A stretch of DNA of 57,480 bases from a virus (IMGVR_UViG_3300046534_000186:1-57480), one strand, 5' to 3'; positions 45,201 through 55,501 are shown, counted from the first letter of the stretch. Notes: generated from the letters alone by a model not told the origin. Made by a program: numbers and translations.

Positions 45201-46137
45201 AGAGATTTTAGATACTCTTGGCCCAATGAAATCTAGAAATGAGATTATTGCTATGGGGCAAGATTTCCTTCCCTTTGTGCAGGGAGAAATTAATAAGTTT
45301 CCTGTGGGAGATACGAACAGGGCTATTGTAGCAGAAGTCTATGGACAAAATTCTCAGTTAGCTGCTAGCACAGCCACTATGGAAGAAATGCTTATACCTA
45401 GAGCTATGAATGTTAAAGGAAATGAAGAGTCTAACCAAGGATACCAAAGTGTTAAGATGTATCTACAGGGTAAGGAAGAGAATCTAGTGGGGGAAGGTGG
45501 TAAAGCAGGAGGTGCAACCACTTACACTGCGGAGTACGCTAGGGATAGAGCCGACTTACTAGTGTGGATAAAGGAGAATCCTGTGATAGCCGCTTCCGCT
45601 GTTGTAGGGGGTGGACTAACTTTAGCTGCATACAACTTAGCTATGGGTAACAGCCCCGCAAAACCGCTACCTGAAGGTGGGGCGGGTGAGATGTTATCAA
45701 ACCGTGCCAAACTTAACTCAGTAGATGGACCTGTCTATGCTCCTGATCATGACATAAGCCAAGTAGGTGCAGTCACAGGATCGATGGCTAACTTCAATAT
45801 AGGTAAGTCTGGAGTCAAGTTACCCGAAAATAAAAACTCAGGAACTGGAGGTGAAGTGTCAGGAGTAAATAGCTTCTGGAATTCTGAAAATAATAACAGT
45901 AAGTTGCCTAGTGGTTTAAACTCTCCTCAGGATGGTAGTATTCCACTGTCTGACCTCGTGACACCTACAGCATTGCCTAACACTAACATTATTAAAGATA
46001 AGCAACCAATATCTATATCTACTGTAAATGAAAATAATGTTGATATACAGATCTTTAATGACAAAGATAGTACTGAAGTTAGAGCTACAGTTGGTGAAGA
46101 TGAATATGTAAATAGGGAGAACGGTAATTCAACTTAA
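42256..46137 (+). CDS. Tape-measure-position protein with an internal YqaJ/lambda-exonuclease domain
   Basis: Follows the G/GT chaperone; A/K-rich helical C-terminal part; EQRTxxW..AR...ITAS, GASPDG, ELK, Y..QMQ.QM at about 43966-44520. Confidence 0.8.
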   Translation: MDDDVADQTEREYSGENVEQDYTGGTQASWNERGLSNEDFDNSISGQMDLREEGDDLADAILGLSNVEAKDSFIGNADLITSETNELERFSHMSESVKKAAVEVLEAQTQHLSGKALVVAKASYEAALGKSSDQFIKGLNVQATSPVTTLDPTSFSMKAVMKDGKIVYRAEQNRIKPYRDSFIAQSLSIGYDTEGKFDPIELDSGYSITGNVEQDIGENEKEELIEVFNQTKLINQPNIIGSFEPKASKQDVMVARSMLESVESYEARGPGSQVSGNYDSNIKVGVGGSIEGFYDDAFDKNSEEDKKLNRGSKDKRVKADLDFALAMANISDLAELYIDPRAKGGEMYGKQKAAVELALIKRFIDGQMSDEAKSILPLPNETGVTGLRVTRGSIGGQQGTPFTRLEFGLEANKRGWTPEGKYLKEGEENPYWRYLGTVGQSLFPKKFVKDEFGEEDVEANALNTRTRKYEEQVALDKARATRKILLEQMPTLRDETAGQSRTPGFDKPYGDQENIQHILDKVFGSGEDLKEFTGDNGSEIKEAIEAGNEAIERELNLPMKDFVGPSNLEGIEQRTPAWYKARENLITASKLTSTSGQLLDAEGMAAQLALEKYAKTDPELAKEIEFIGNSHVIDGQKGEKLALKEFLMMQKTEGDELTHTEVGLLQAEEMPGFGASPDGRLRDLEGNNRGLLELKYLTSGSMKGALKKYTPQMQLQMAVTGEKETNFFALDKYTGESIHEVVKADPDMQAEILEVGKQALEMSKTLTKEEAIEMKKQTKAQRRKSNLEERNETGKGQESSYEAKDYTDNEATSFNANEVNESKEKTFKRDKAKALNRDFESIAAMKEFDQSITEASEAAKKEAANNKAAARATKDRENADRDAAKATQKLRDAAIGAAKSLLGIVLSAKDSAMDTINLARRNGFDEDAVRGQEFAMVAEGGIPLNVAKSAIDNAGSTLRKLRTGSTAGAELRRMNTQYGSTPEILDTLGPMKSRNEIIAMGQDFLPFVQGEINKFPVGDTNRAIVAEVYGQNSQLAASTATMEEMLIPRAMNVKGNEESNQGYQSVKMYLQGKEENLVGEGGKAGGATTYTAEYARDRADLLVWIKENPVIAASAVVGGGLTLAAYNLAMGNSPAKPLPEGGAGEMLSNRAKLNSVDGPVYAPDHDISQVGAVTGSMANFNIGKSGVKLPENKNSGTGGEVSGVNSFWNSENNNSKLPSGLNSPQDGSIPLSDLVTPTALPNTNIIKDKQPISISTVNENNVDIQIFNDKDSTEVRATVGEDEYVNRENGNST

Positions 46138-47086
46138 ACAAAAAGTATTTCTGGAAGTTTGGGATGCTCAAGAAGGAGGCAATCTAATACTAGATGCCTC
46201 TGGATTGCGTGTTGACTTTGATGTGAGGCATATACCTGATTTTAGCAGGGCTGCCTTTACTATCTATAACCTTAACAATGAAACTATAACAAGCCTTATG
46301 AGTGAAGGACTATACGTTACTCTAAAGGTTCAATTGCATGATGGAAATATTCAGCTATTAGCTAATAAGTTTTATATAAACAATGCAGTAGATGAGCTTG
46401 TTCTACCTAACCGTATTACAACTCTTTACTGTTTTGACAGGCTACGCTCTACATTTCTTGAAAGACAAGTGTCTATACCAGTAGGGAACTACCCTAACCT
46501 TAAAGACATGATTGACTCTCTGCTAGTCAGGGCTGGGTATAACTCTTCTAGGGATGATGAATTTATAAGCTTTCCTGCTGGTAGGGTATACCAACCCTCT
46601 AAGAGGTCAACTAGATTGCTAAATGGTAGTGTGCAGCAGTGCCTTAGGAGGCTTGAGAAAGAATATAAATTCTACACATACACTAATAATGGTAGGCTTT
46701 TATTTAAGCACTTTCCTGATTTAGATACTGTTAGTAAAACTTCTCTACCTGACTCTCCTATAATAAAGCTTAGTACTCGCTCAATGAGGTCTACTCCTAA
46801 GATAGGTATAGCCTCTTGCACAATACATAGCAATCTAAATGGAGATATAACCACATCGTCAGTATTAGACTTATCTCAACTATTAACTATAGGTGTAGAT
46901 GAAAGTAAAGAAACTCTACTAGTAGTCGAGAACTACTTAAAGAACTTTTCTAATAATACTATATACCAAGCTTTTGCTATTACTCACACAGGGAGTAACT
47001 ATACAGCAGACTGGTCAACCCGTATAACAGGTCTATCACCAACACGAGGTAAGAGAATGCCTACGGGTGTTAGGTGGATGAACTAA
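46127..47086 (+). CDS. Baseplate hub protein (track start 46205; frame open upstream, possible ATT start at 46127)
   Basis: LRVDFDV...A.FTIYNL N-terminal pattern; synteny. Confidence 0.7.
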   Translation: MQLKQKVFLEVWDAQEGGNLILDASGLRVDFDVRHIPDFSRAAFTIYNLNNETITSLMSEGLYVTLKVQLHDGNIQLLANKFYINNAVDELVLPNRITTLYCFDRLRSTFLERQVSIPVGNYPNLKDMIDSLLVRAGYNSSRDDEFISFPAGRVYQPSKRSTRLLNGSVQQCLRRLEKEYKFYTYTNNGRLLFKHFPDLDTVSKTSLPDSPIIKLSTRSMRSTPKIGIASCTIHSNLNGDITTSSVLDLSQLLTIGVDESKETLLVVENYLKNFSNNTIYQAFAITHTGSNYTADWSTRITGLSPTRGKRMPTGVRWMN

Positions 47087-47098
47087 CTAGGAGGTACA

Positions 47099-48292
47099 AT
47101 GCCAACTGTAACACCAGCCTATATAATATATACACCTTTTGAAGGTGCAGAACAAGAAATACATTTTGACGCTGTTATCTCAGAAGACCATAAAACTCTA
47201 GCTGAAGTAACTAAGTTCCCTGTACAGACAGGCTTTCATGTAAGTAACCATTCAATAAGGAAGAATAGGCCAGTATCTTTAACAGGAATTATATCTAATG
47301 TAAAAATGGATCTTGGTGACTTTGAGCCTAAGACAAGGTATGGATCAGATCCTGCTTCGTACATTAAAGCTACTTTAGATTCAATAATACTATCTGGGCT
47401 AGTATGTAAAGTAGTAACTAACCTAGGAGACTACGACCCAGTAGTGTTTACCTCCTTTAGCACTAAGCAGAAATCTGGAATGGTTGACTCTATGGAGTTT
47501 ACTATATCTGGTGAAGAGATTGTGATAGACACTACAATAGGCTTCACAGCTCCTACACCCATCACTTTTACTAAGTTACAAGGTGATGAGAGGACTGCTT
47601 GGGTAGAGAGGTTAGAAGAGTCAGAAGTGTACATAGGTGTATGTGATGGGATATCAAAAGGTACATACAATAAAGGTCAAGACTTTGTAATATATGATGA
47701 GAATTCAGCAGGAGTTCCTGTTGAGACTAAGTATATATTTATAGGTATAGATCCTAGCTCTGGAGCAGAGATGTACGAAGTCCACATCAGTGAAAACTCT
47801 TGTGCTGTAGTGGGTGCTAGCTCATCTAGTGAAGTAAGTGTAGACTCTTGTTCCGAAGAAGGATTTAAGGGATCATTAATTGGTGGTATAAAGCAGATTG
47901 GTGGTTGCCTACTTGGGGAAGCCACTTCTATAGTACTAGATTCTGTAGAGAATACTATAGACACAGCTATGGGTAAGTTAGTTAAGAGTACACGAGGACT
48001 ATTCTATGATACTATAGAGTTTGCTGGTGGGCCTGACTCTATAGGTGGCATGATTACTAGCGCAGGTATTAGTTGTATAGTAAGAGGAGCCACTGGAAAT
48101 ACAGACCCAGGAACTTACAACCCAGGAGAATCCTTACCAACCACTGAACAAATCATGACAGGAGCAAGTGAAGGGCTAGGCTTTACTGAGCCACCACAGG
48201 AAGTAGTAACATTGATTCAAATAAGATGCGACTGCGGGGGTGAATCACAAACTGAAGAAATACCTACCTTGTTCCCTAATATTATAGGATAG
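47099..48292 (+). CDS. Baseplate / tail-tube initiator protein
   Basis: DA..SE.H...EVT.FPV.TG..VSNH N-terminal motif. Confidence 0.7.
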   Translation: MPTVTPAYIIYTPFEGAEQEIHFDAVISEDHKTLAEVTKFPVQTGFHVSNHSIRKNRPVSLTGIISNVKMDLGDFEPKTRYGSDPASYIKATLDSIILSGLVCKVVTNLGDYDPVVFTSFSTKQKSGMVDSMEFTISGEEIVIDTTIGFTAPTPITFTKLQGDERTAWVERLEESEVYIGVCDGISKGTYNKGQDFVIYDENSAGVPVETKYIFIGIDPSSGAEMYEVHISENSCAVVGASSSSEVSVDSCSEEGFKGSLIGGIKQIGGCLLGEATSIVLDSVENTIDTAMGKLVKSTRGLFYDTIEFAGGPDSIGGMITSAGISCIVRGATGNTDPGTYNPGESLPTTEQIMTGASEGLGFTEPPQEVVTLIQIRCDCGGESQTEEIPTLFPNIIG

Positions 48293-48295
48293 CAT

Positions 48296-49072
48296 ATGAA
48301 TTTAGACGACTATGAATTTCAAAAACCCGGACGTATAATTGAGTATTTTCCAACTACACAAACAGCTACAGTAAAGATTAGTAACTCTAGGACTTACGAT
48401 ACTTCTGGGATAGATGATGAGCAGGTAGAGCCAGTACTACTATACGAAGTACCAGTGTTTACTGCTGGAGGAGGAGGCTGGCATATGACCTTCCCTATTA
48501 AGGGTGGTGATCCATGCTTACTAAGCTTTAGTGAGTTTGGGTATGACCATTGGTTAGTAGATAATGAAGACTCAGCAGGCATTCTTAGTGATGGAGATCC
48601 CCAACATTGGACTGAACGTAGGTTTAGTTTAGATGATGGGTTTGCGCAAGTAGGGTGGAACAATCTACCTACAGCTATACAGGACTACCACGCTACACAC
48701 TCCCAATGGAGGAACAATGTAGCTGACCAAGTTATTAGCTTAAATGATGATACATCTATAACTGTAACCAGCCCTATCAAGTTGACTGTTAATGCACCTG
48801 AAGTTATTGTAAATGGATCTACTGTAGACTTAAATACCAGTACCAAGGTTACTATGACTTGTCCAGAAGTAGAAATAACGGGCAATTTATTAGTGGGTGG
48901 AAATATTACGGGTCTAGGGTCGGCATATATCTCTGCGGCTATCACAGCAGCATCGTCAGCCGTTGCGGGAGCGATGGTGTCACTTAGTGCGGCTATTGGT
49001 GGAATATCAATGACAGGGCACACACACAACGAGAATGGGACTACTGGTGGAGTTACTAGCCCACCTAACTAG
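48296..49072 (+). CDS. Baseplate central spike (Gp138/gpV-like)
   Basis: PG.I..Y, VPV...GGG...TFPI..GD.C, beta-helix region, C-terminal HTH metal site. Confidence 0.85.
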   Translation: MNLDDYEFQKPGRIIEYFPTTQTATVKISNSRTYDTSGIDDEQVEPVLLYEVPVFTAGGGGWHMTFPIKGGDPCLLSFSEFGYDHWLVDNEDSAGILSDGDPQHWTERRFSLDDGFAQVGWNNLPTAIQDYHATHSQWRNNVADQVISLNDDTSITVTSPIKLTVNAPEVIVNGSTVDLNTSTKVTMTCPEVEITGNLLVGGNITGLGSAYISAAITAASSAVAGAMVSLSAAIGGISMTGHTHNENGTTGGVTSPPN

Positions 49073-49081
49073 GACAAACAA

Positions 49082-49435
49082 ATGTACTTAGCACTAGATA
49101 AAGATTCCTTCGATCTAATACTGAAAGAAGGCGGCGGTGTTGAGCGTGTTACTGATGGAAGGTTCGTAGTACAGCAAGTCCAGTCCAAGCTTAGAGCTTG
49201 GCTGGGTGAGTGGCTATTAGATCCTAGCATTGGTTGGCTCAACGAAGAAGACTTCAAAAAGAACTTCAACCAAGCAAACATCGAGAGGAGAGCCAGAGTT
49301 ATAATTCTTGGCACTCAAGGTGTCTTATCAATAATATCTATGGACTCTTCATACAGTAAGCGAAAGCTAACACTAGAGTTTAGAGCCAACACTATATATG
49401 GTAACATAGATATAACTATTCCGTGGGGGATATAA
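49082..49435 (+). CDS. Baseplate wedge / sheath initiator (gp25-like)
   Basis: Q....L..W.GEW.LD...G; TIYG. Confidence 0.75.
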   Translation: MYLALDKDSFDLILKEGGGVERVTDGRFVVQQVQSKLRAWLGEWLLDPSIGWLNEEDFKKNFNQANIERRARVIILGTQGVLSIISMDSSYSKRKLTLEFRANTIYGNIDITIPWGI

Positions 49436-49437
49436 AA

Positions 49438-50586
49438 ATGGCAGGCTTAACTAGCGGAGGTTTCATACCAGAGACTTATGATGCAATTAAAGCTAGGATA
49501 GAGGGAAAACTAGAAATCCTTAATCCTGGCTTCGACTTCAGCCCAGAGTCTCCTGATGGACAAATTATAGGAGTAATGTCTTATGAGTTGTTTCAGGCTT
49601 GGTCTGAGCTTAATAAAGTATACAACAGTTACAACCCATCAGTAGCTACAGGAGCGGCGCTTAAAAACCTAGGTTTGATTACAGGGTTACTCTATGGTGC
49701 AGCAACCAAGTCTTCTGCTACGTTGGAAACACAAGGTACGGCAGGGACTATTATACCTGCACAATCCCTAGTAACAGACAATGATGGTAACGACTTCTAC
49801 ACTAGCTTCAATACAGCTATACCTAGTAACTTGCAGGTAGTGGCAGTGGTCGCTGGGATTATCCCAGTAGGTATAGGTTCTATATTAACTATTAAGACTC
49901 CCGTTTCTGGTTGGACAGGTGTTACACAAACTCAATCAGGTATTGAGGGAGTTTTGGCGCAAACTGAGCAACAGTATAGGAACACCAGACAAAGGACAGT
50001 TATGCGTAACCATTCCTCTATAGCTAGTAATATGCAAGCTAGACTCATAGAGCTTGGAGTGGATCAAGCTAATGTATTAAACAACACTAGCTCTGTTAAC
50101 CCGTTAGCAGATGGTACACCACCAAACACTGTTCACGTGACTGTGGGAGAGCTTGGAGCAGTTAGTCCTACTGATGTAGCCAATACCATACTAGCTTCAA
50201 ACTCAATGGGCTGCCCTACTTATGGCAATACCTCAGAGATTATTTTAGATAATGAAGGAGTTAGCCATGAAATATTCTTCTCTGTAGCAAGTGCTGTTCA
50301 AGTTCGTATTGAGGTTGATGTAACATACCTTAGCGAGAACACTCCTGGGGCAAGTCAGAGTATAGAAGATTCACTCTTTGACCACATTAATAGCCTTATT
50401 AGTGGAGATGATGTAATATGGTCTCGCTTGTTTGGCTACATTACACCTTTTGCTAAAGCACAAGTTAACAACTTAACAGTAGGTATTGTAGGAGGAGCGC
50501 AAGGAACTTCCAATGTAGTAATAAGCCCTAACGAGTTTGCTAACATAGATTCAGCTGAAATTGTGCTAACTGTGGATGGTGTCTAA
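49438..50586 (+). CDS. Baseplate J-like wedge protein
   Basis: SPDGQ, A.G..L, G..GT.IP, ExE..YR pattern; synteny. Confidence 0.85.
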   Translation: MAGLTSGGFIPETYDAIKARIEGKLEILNPGFDFSPESPDGQIIGVMSYELFQAWSELNKVYNSYNPSVATGAALKNLGLITGLLYGAATKSSATLETQGTAGTIIPAQSLVTDNDGNDFYTSFNTAIPSNLQVVAVVAGIIPVGIGSILTIKTPVSGWTGVTQTQSGIEGVLAQTEQQYRNTRQRTVMRNHSSIASNMQARLIELGVDQANVLNNTSSVNPLADGTPPNTVHVTVGELGAVSPTDVANTILASNSMGCPTYGNTSEIILDNEGVSHEIFFSVASAVQVRIEVDVTYLSENTPGASQSIEDSLFDHINSLISGDDVIWSRLFGYITPFAKAQVNNLTVGIVGGAQGTSNVVISPNEFANIDSAEIVLTVDGV

Positions 50587-51209
50587 TGGTGAACATAGTA
50601 AAAGGTACTGAGATAGCTGAAAGGCTTTTACTACGAGAGTACCAGAACAGTCCAATATTTAAACAGTATATGGCAGCTTTTGTGGAAGAGATGGACTTAC
50701 TGTTTGAGCATACTGAAAGGGTATACCTAGGTAGGTTTATAGAAACTGCTGTAAGTAGACAGTTAGACATTATTGGCATAATACTTAATGAGAACCGTAA
50801 CGTAGTTCTACCTCAGCAATTCTTTGGATTTAGTGACAATGGCACACCTCCTATTAATGTAGCTCCACTGGCTGACGAAGCAGACCCCGAAGATGGTGGA
50901 CTGTTTAGGGATGAGTCACAAGGGGACACGCTTAATCTTGTACTAAGTGATGTTAACTACAGGAGACTTTTACTAGCCAAAGCTTACCTAAGTACTCAGG
51001 AAGTATGCTCTTTTAATATTGCGTACCACGCCCTGTCACTACTACTAGGCAAGGTGCCAAGGAAGTTTGAGCTAGACACTGTGGCAAATAGGCAGGTAGA
51101 ACTTACACTAGATACAGTAGATACAACCTTAGACGATGTATCTTTAATAACTTACTTTTCCAAGTACTTAATACCCATTGGTACTAGTTTCACAATAACG
51201 AGGATCTAA
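50586..51209 (+). CDS. Baseplate wedge protein (DUF2612-like)
   Basis: TA...QLDIIG...R, FFGF, L.D..YR..L.AK. Confidence 0.8.
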   Translation: MVNIVKGTEIAERLLLREYQNSPIFKQYMAAFVEEMDLLFEHTERVYLGRFIETAVSRQLDIIGIILNENRNVVLPQQFFGFSDNGTPPINVAPLADEADPEDGGLFRDESQGDTLNLVLSDVNYRRLLLAKAYLSTQEVCSFNIAYHALSLLLGKVPRKFELDTVANRQVELTLDTVDTTLDDVSLITYFSKYLIPIGTSFTITRI

Positions 51210-51210
51210 T

Positions 51211-52092
51211 ATGACTGATCAGATTAACTTACACTTACTATGGGCTAGTGATGGTGGAACGACACCTGTGACTAGCACTAAGTACGAGGGAGGTTGGATA
51301 TCAGAGATACCAACATTCCAAAACTTCAACTACATGATTCAGGGACTAGACCAAAACATCCTGCACTTTGCAGAGTCCAGCTCATTTGAATGGCAAACAG
51401 AAATATCTTATAAAGTAGGTGCTAAGGTAGTAAGCTTACTAGGTATTGAATTTACTGCTAGAGTAGCAAGTACAGGCACTGATCCAGATACTGATGTATC
51501 AAACTCAACTTGGGTTCATGGTTGGATAATCGGGGACAGTGCAAGTACGATCTTTGAGTCTGATGGATTCAAGGTATCTTTACCTGTTAGGGACAGCTCA
51601 CTATACACTGGAGTTGACCAAACTATACTAAACAAAAACCCTATGTTAGAGCTAAGAACTACTGGAGCTACTAATAACTGGGCAGTGGGGAACACAGATG
51701 GAGAGGTTGTTGTACATAACCTAGGCCAAGATGGTGTAGACAGCCGTACCTTAGTAAAGGGAGGTGGTAATACACATAGATTGTTTCATGAGGGACACTT
51801 ACCAACAGCAGCAGAAGTAGTTGGGTCACTTGTAGATGCTCCTTCAGATGGTTCATCCTATGGGCGAGAATCAGGTAATTGGGTCAAGGTAGCAACAGCA
51901 GTAGTTAGCGATTCCCCGCCTCCAGTAAGCACTGGTGAAGGGTTATGGTTCAACCTAGCAGATGGGCAACTTTACATAGATATTAACGATGGAGATAGTA
52001 CTCAATGGGTTATAGCTAACCCTCCTCTTGTGCTAGAGCCACCTGAGGCTGCTGCCATAACACAAGCATCCATTTTAGCTTACATAGATTAG
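51211..52092 (+). CDS. Tail fibre protein (proximal)
   Basis: WA..G...K...GW..E.P..Q.FN N-terminus, DAPSDG..YGR, LWFN..DG.LY. Confidence 0.8.
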   Translation: MTDQINLHLLWASDGGTTPVTSTKYEGGWISEIPTFQNFNYMIQGLDQNILHFAESSSFEWQTEISYKVGAKVVSLLGIEFTARVASTGTDPDTDVSNSTWVHGWIIGDSASTIFESDGFKVSLPVRDSSLYTGVDQTILNKNPMLELRTTGATNNWAVGNTDGEVVVHNLGQDGVDSRTLVKGGGNTHRLFHEGHLPTAAEVVGSLVDAPSDGSSYGRESGNWVKVATAVVSDSPPPVSTGEGLWFNLADGQLYIDINDGDSTQWVIANPPLVLEPPEAAAITQASILAYID

Positions 52093-52101
52093 GAATTAAT
52101 T

Positions 52102-53373
52102 ATGACAATAGAAAGATTAAAAGTGTTCAACAACGTAGTTGACGCGTCAAGCACAGATGTAGTAACAAACGTAGCTATTGTAACAACAGCAGCTACCGAA
52201 CAAGCAGTAATTAATACTCTTAGTTTTACTGCGGCTGACCCAGTGTATGCAGTGACTGTGAATGTCAAACAAGATGATAGGACTCTAATTACAAGTTCAT
52301 CTGGTTTAGGAGGCTCCATAAGTGATGAATTTGCTGGGAAACAAATAGTAGACGTAAACTCTACCTTTAAACTAGAGCTAGACACAGGCGCTGATAAGTT
52401 TCCTCCTGAGAAATCTGTTAGTATGCTTTTTAATGGGTCTAACAATACTTACGTGATAAGAGATACTTTTACCGAGCAACGTGACTCAAGTGAAATGACC
52501 TATGAAGGTGTTGTTGATGACCTAGCAATTGATGAAATATCTATCCAACTTAGTGCTACCAGTGCTTTTGGTTGGTTAGATGGGACAAACGAAAGGTTCT
52601 CTCGATGTAATAACAACACTGTCTATACTTATGATGCAGAAGGAACTCTACTACAAACTGCATCTGCGTTTGGCTCAAGTACTTACGGAGCCTGTAAGGA
52701 TGAAACTTACTTTTATGGTAAGGGAACAAGCGATAACTTAATTTTAGAGAGGAGGTTTGTAAGTGATGGAACTGCGGCATCTGATTTAGCACTAGATACT
52801 CTTACTCAAGGTCAAGCCCAAAATTCAGGCTCGTTTATGTTATACTACGGTGGCTTTATTTATATAAGAAATGTTAGTTCAGTAACAGTTATTAGTAAGA
52901 TTAATGTTACAACCGGCGCGGTTACTGAGATCAGTGTGAACTCTTCAGGCTCATACTCTGCGGGAGCACTAATCACAGTGGCTAGAAATGGCGTAGCGTA
53001 TCTAATGGAGTGTGGAAACGGCGCTAACACAGGTTTTATAATGAACTTGTCAACAGACGGTATCAGCTACCCAACGCATGTTGACCTAACTTTATCAACC
53101 GAATATGGAAACCTAGCTTTAGAGGTTGCACCTGGAGTTGCATTATTCTTTGATGGCAATGACTATATATGGCTTGATGCTAATACAATGACAGGTGCTA
53201 GCTCCGTATATGCTATCTCCGTAATAGATGCTTCCTTCCCTGTAATTTCTGATGGCTCACCGTCCTCTTCAATAGGTAGCATACCCATACACCTTAGACC
53301 TGCCAGTGCAATAGATCGAGCAGTCACTTACTCACTTTACGTCGATGGCGTAGATATCACAGGAGTTGTGTAA
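52102..53373 (+). CDS. Tail fibre / receptor-binding protein
   Basis: Beta-rich, S/T-rich protein in the fibre module. Confidence 0.6.
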   Translation: MTIERLKVFNNVVDASSTDVVTNVAIVTTAATEQAVINTLSFTAADPVYAVTVNVKQDDRTLITSSSGLGGSISDEFAGKQIVDVNSTFKLELDTGADKFPPEKSVSMLFNGSNNTYVIRDTFTEQRDSSEMTYEGVVDDLAIDEISIQLSATSAFGWLDGTNERFSRCNNNTVYTYDAEGTLLQTASAFGSSTYGACKDETYFYGKGTSDNLILERRFVSDGTAASDLALDTLTQGQAQNSGSFMLYYGGFIYIRNVSSVTVISKINVTTGAVTEISVNSSGSYSAGALITVARNGVAYLMECGNGANTGFIMNLSTDGISYPTHVDLTLSTEYGNLALEVAPGVALFFDGNDYIWLDANTMTGASSVYAISVIDASFPVISDGSPSSSIGSIPIHLRPASAIDRAVTYSLYVDGVDITGVV

Positions 53374-53374
53374 C

Positions 53375-53878
53375 ATGACCCTAAAAACAACAAAATCCGA
53401 AGTAATAGCCTCAAGTGTAGTGTACGACTCTAATTTTAGATTAGTAAGCGGTACTGGAGCTAACACAACTATTGAATCATTTACCTATGACGTAGATGTA
53501 AACTTCCATGTCTACTTAATAGGCCAGGAAAATACTGAAGCTGGCGATTGGCAGTTTGGTCTACCTTGGTCTAATGGGGGAGTACCTGAGTTTGAGTACA
53601 CAATGCTTTGGCGTTCTTTAGAAGATCCAGACGCTACCGCATACAGTAGCACTCAATTACTAGATCACGGCCTTATGTATAAATTAAATACACAGTCCGG
53701 TGCTAACTCTAGTGGAGATACCCAACGTATGGCCTCAAGAACAAACTTCATCTTAATGGCGGGAGATACTGCTGAGTTTAGGTCAATTACTTCAGCTAGT
53801 GCAGCCCAAAGTGCGGTATACAGAGTTATTGCGGAAAAAGCTGATTCGGCCCTAATGCTAACTAGATTTTATATCTAA
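53375..53878 (+). CDS. Tail fibre-associated protein
   Basis: AGGAG RBS; beta-rich; synteny. Confidence 0.6.
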   Translation: MTLKTTKSEVIASSVVYDSNFRLVSGTGANTTIESFTYDVDVNFHVYLIGQENTEAGDWQFGLPWSNGGVPEFEYTMLWRSLEDPDATAYSSTQLLDHGLMYKLNTQSGANSSGDTQRMASRTNFILMAGDTAEFRSITSASAAQSAVYRVIAEKADSALMLTRFYI

Positions 53879-54339
53879 TGGCTATTGGTATTCGCATAGT
53901 TGATGGCGAGATAGCATCAGCATCCCGTGTGTCGGCACTTGATTTTGAAGTGCCTGACAACTTTTTCAACACTCACCCAGCTTATTGCTTTGAGTACAAC
54001 GGCACAGAGTTAGTGTTCAAAGCTGATGCAGATAGCTTACGAGATGTAGCCGCGCAAGCTAGAGCCAATGTGCATACAGCAAAAGCCTTAGCAAGTGCAG
54101 TTAGTGCCAAAGTGAAGGCAATCGATAAGCAGACTGGAATCGACATAGTTATTCTGGTAGGTGACTCTACAAAGCAGAGGAACATCTTAGCAACCTATTT
54201 GAAAGCAGCTAAAGCTGGGGAAGATGTTTCTGGATATATAACACTTTGGGACCAAGTAGAGGGGCTTAGGCTTGAAGGTAATACTCGTGAAGCTGGGTGC
54301 AAAAGTGCATTGACATTAACTGAGCTAGAAACTATATAG
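53878..54339 (+). CDS. Putative tail fibre assembly chaperone
   Basis: Helical C-terminus ending A.T..EL..I. Confidence 0.55.
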   Translation: MAIGIRIVDGEIASASRVSALDFEVPDNFFNTHPAYCFEYNGTELVFKADADSLRDVAAQARANVHTAKALASAVSAKVKAIDKQTGIDIVILVGDSTKQRNILATYLKAAKAGEDVSGYITLWDQVEGLRLEGNTREAGCKSALTLTELETI

Positions 54340-54419
54340 CTTACGGACTGTTAGCCTAAGTTACTAATTGGTAATTCAGGCTACAAGTAGACCATAACAA
54401 ACTACTTAAGGAGGCTTAA

Positions 54420-54767
54420 ATGCCTATAGATTTTACAAACAGCCCAGCGAGTGGGAGTACTTACACATACCTAGGTGTAACGTATACATTTATAAAGGAT
54501 GGAGCTAACCCAGGTTATTGGGCAGTATCTACCCCAGGAAGTATAGGCCCAGCATCAGTAGCAGAGATAAATGCTGGCACTGAAGCAACAAAGTACATTA
54601 CTTCTTCCATGTTGTATGCCAGTAATTACCTTAATACTGGAAATATTGGTACATCTGTTTTAGCACCTACAGGTGATGGCTCAAGCTTAACAGGAGTTTC
54701 TGCCAGCACTAAGCAAGCAATTGCATCCGCATTACAATTTGAAAAATCCTTATTCGGAGGAAATTAA
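54420..54767 (+). CDS. Short fibre-like virion protein
   Basis: F..SP..G.TYTY..W, AS.AE..AGT...., GDGS.LTGV fibre motifs. Confidence 0.65.
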   Translation: MPIDFTNSPASGSTYTYLGVTYTFIKDGANPGYWAVSTPGSIGPASVAEINAGTEATKYITSSMLYASNYLNTGNIGTSVLAPTGDGSSLTGVSASTKQAIASALQFEKSLFGGN

Positions 54768-55148
54768 ATGTCATTAGTAGTAAGTACAATTCAAGTAACA
54801 GGTATAGCAACGGCATACACTGTTCCACCAAGTAAAATTGCAAAGGTTAGGCTAATTAATATAGATAGCTTTGATAGTGGTAGCTACATGTATATAGGAA
54901 ACTACACAGCATACAATGGGACTTTAGCCAATAATCTTAAGTCTAGCAACCAAGGAACAGGTAGCGCAGGAGGTGTAGGACTATCACCACCTATAATTGG
55001 TTTTATTAGACTAGGTGCTCATGCTAATGAAATGGGTGTGGACTATATGTACATTAAGGAAGACCATATCCTTGTGGCTGGAGAAACAGTAAATTGTTCA
55101 GACGCAGGTACAACTGTCTCTTACCTTATATTTGAAGAAGACGCATAA
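54768..55148 (+). CDS. Fibre-associated beta-rich protein
   Basis: YTVP..K.A.V, L.AGETV; GGAGG RBS. Confidence 0.65.
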   Translation: MSLVVSTIQVTGIATAYTVPPSKIAKVRLINIDSFDSGSYMYIGNYTAYNGTLANNLKSSNQGTGSAGGVGLSPPIIGFIRLGAHANEMGVDYMYIKEDHILVAGETVNCSDAGTTVSYLIFEEDA

Positions 55149-55167
55149 AATAAAGGAGTAACAACAC

Positions 55168-55203
55168 TAGCTAGGGCTGACTATTTATGGTTAACCCTAG
55201 CTA
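55168..55203 (+). terminator. Hairpin ending the late region
   Basis: TAGCTAGGG...CCCTAGCTA stem. Confidence 0.5.
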
Positions 55204-55501
55204 CCTTAAAGTGTTATTTGCCATAACTAAGAAGCTTTAGTCTTGTTTCAGTAACCCAAGACCTACCTACACCATTAGAAGCTAACATCAGCTCTATCCC
55301 CTCGTTTAAAGACCAGCTTAAAGCTTCGGTCGGACCTAACCCTAGGCTTAGTCCGGACTTGTATGTTAGAGATAGATGCTAGGTAAGTACAGAAATTATA
55401 AAATATATATAGAAGCTTGCTATGTTAGGCAAAATTAAATAATATATTGAGATTGCTCGTGATGCTTGGGTGTGTGTGTTATAAGGAGTCTCTTTGCCTT
55501 T

